Origin: Chiloscyllium plagiosum | Taxonomy: Eukaryota | DNA length: 64,000 nt | Direction: 5' to 3' | Assembly: GCF_004010195.1 (NCBI RefSeq) | Contig: NC_057718.1 | Span: forward strand, 56,056,603-56,120,602 | Part shown: positions 62,811-64,000 of the stretch, piece by piece | Layout: each line of letters opens with the position of its first letter | Numbering within the stretch: the first letter of the stretch is position 1 | Made by a program: the position numbers and the translations under genes | The notes under the pieces: generated by a model | Seen by the model: only the letters and a program-made list of their open reading frames with translations | The model's database searches: none | Told to the model about the DNA's origin: nothing

Positions 62811-63749
62811 TTTCTGGTCCTCAGGCAAATGCCAGCGTCATCTAGCCTGTTTCCACACTGTAGGGAGTCTATTTATTTCCAGATGACACTCTTCAAAGCC
62901 TTGTTTAACATCTTCCTAAATTCAGTAACTAGGGGACCACAAACATTTATTGCAACTTTTTTTTTTTAAAACTTTTACATTCTTATACCTAGAGATAAGG
63001 ATCCCATGCTTTTTAAGCCTCATCAACTTCTGCTAGCCCCTAAATATTTAGGTTTTTGAACCTCAGTGCATCTTTTCCTGCATCCCCTTCAAAATGCCTG
63101 TCTTTCTTTCAAAATGCACAACTTCACACTACTGTGCACTAAACTTCATGACAGGTAAATGTCCAGCATACATTCTTCATCCTCAAATTTGTTTCTTTTA
63201 TTTTTTTCTTAAAATATCAGTTTTATTTTCTGCATCTTCGCCCATTCCATATCCATAGCCCTACTTTCCTCAAATCCCAGGGACTTCAACTTTGCAAAGT
63301 CTATCACCCACCATCATATATGCATCAACATCACCACCCCATCACAATAAATAACAATCAAGTTTGTCAGGTCAGAGGTTAGGAATCCTGCAGCAAGTAA
63401 CTCACCACCTCACTCCTCAGAACCTGATCGCCATCTACAGTGCACAAGTCAGGAATGTGACATAGTAGATAAAGAAAAAAAATCAAGGCAGATTTAGGTC
63501 ACGCCTCAACAGAAAAGAACCCTGCATTTTTCATATCCTACTTTACATTTAAAGGAGGAGGATTTAAAGATCAAAGTACAAAATATTGTAATTATACAAG
63601 TGTAGCATCATCTGTGAGGAAAGTTAATTTTCCAGATTGATAACATTCTGATGAAGGGGTGTGGTTGAAGTAAATAGCAAAACTATATTTAAGACAAGTT
63701 TGACACCAGAATGGAGATGGAATCAAAGTTTACAAAGATAGGATTTAGA

Positions 63750-63980
63750 GGTTAGCACTGCTGTCTCACAACGCCAGAGACCCGGGTTCAATTCCCGGCT
63801 CAGGTAACTGTCTGTGTGGAGTTTGCACATTCTCCCAGTGTCTGCGGCTGTTTAGGTGAACTGGCCATGCTAAATTGCCCTAGTGTTAGGTGTAGGGGAA
63901 TGGGTCTGGGTGGGTTGCTCTTCGGAGGGTCGGTGTGGACTAGTTGGGCCAACCCTGCAAGTAATCTAATCTAATCTAAA
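63750..63980 (+). mobile_element. HE1-type V-SINE, internally deleted
   Basis: GGTTAGCACTGCTG..GGTTCAATTCC, V-domain and (TAATC)n tail. Confidence 0.85.
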
Positions 63981-64000
63981 AAAAGGAAACAAGGGAGAAA

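Noticed and set aside
46200..64000. Long Nogo-A/B-type upstream exons of RTN4
   Set aside because: No long minus-strand non-TE ORF or recognisable motif; these exons presumably lie beyond the window

Overview
Eukaryotic, repeat-rich vertebrate DNA, almost certainly from a cartilaginous fish (shark), inferred from HE1/V-SINEs with (TAATC)n tails, abundant CR1/HER1-type LINEs and shark-type Tx1 and Gmr1 elements. The only host gene is reticulon-4 (RTN4/Nogo) on the minus strand. All six reticulon-homology-domain (RHD) exons are resolved to the base (208/139/70/47/59/43 nt, 34752 down to 7643), one intron uses a GC donor, and a candidate short first exon (MDAKM, 45878-45893) would give a complete 193-aa short isoform. 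The rest is decayed and often nested mobile DNA: a Tx1 LINE array with a repeated 13-nt target motif, many CR1 pieces, Rex1, RTE and L2 remnants, Penelope-like elements with hammerhead motifs, a Tigger MITE, a truncated Gmr1-type Gypsy element, and a 4.3-kb internally deleted endogenous retrovirus (36230-40541). The most interesting item is that ERV's decayed env, whose TM subunit aligns in register with the filovirus GP2/alpharetroviral type of fusion protein. No prokaryote-type systems (CRISPR, operons) are present. RTN4 exon and ERV landmark coordinates were read by base; TE boundaries are approximate and family names come from motif recognition, not database searches.
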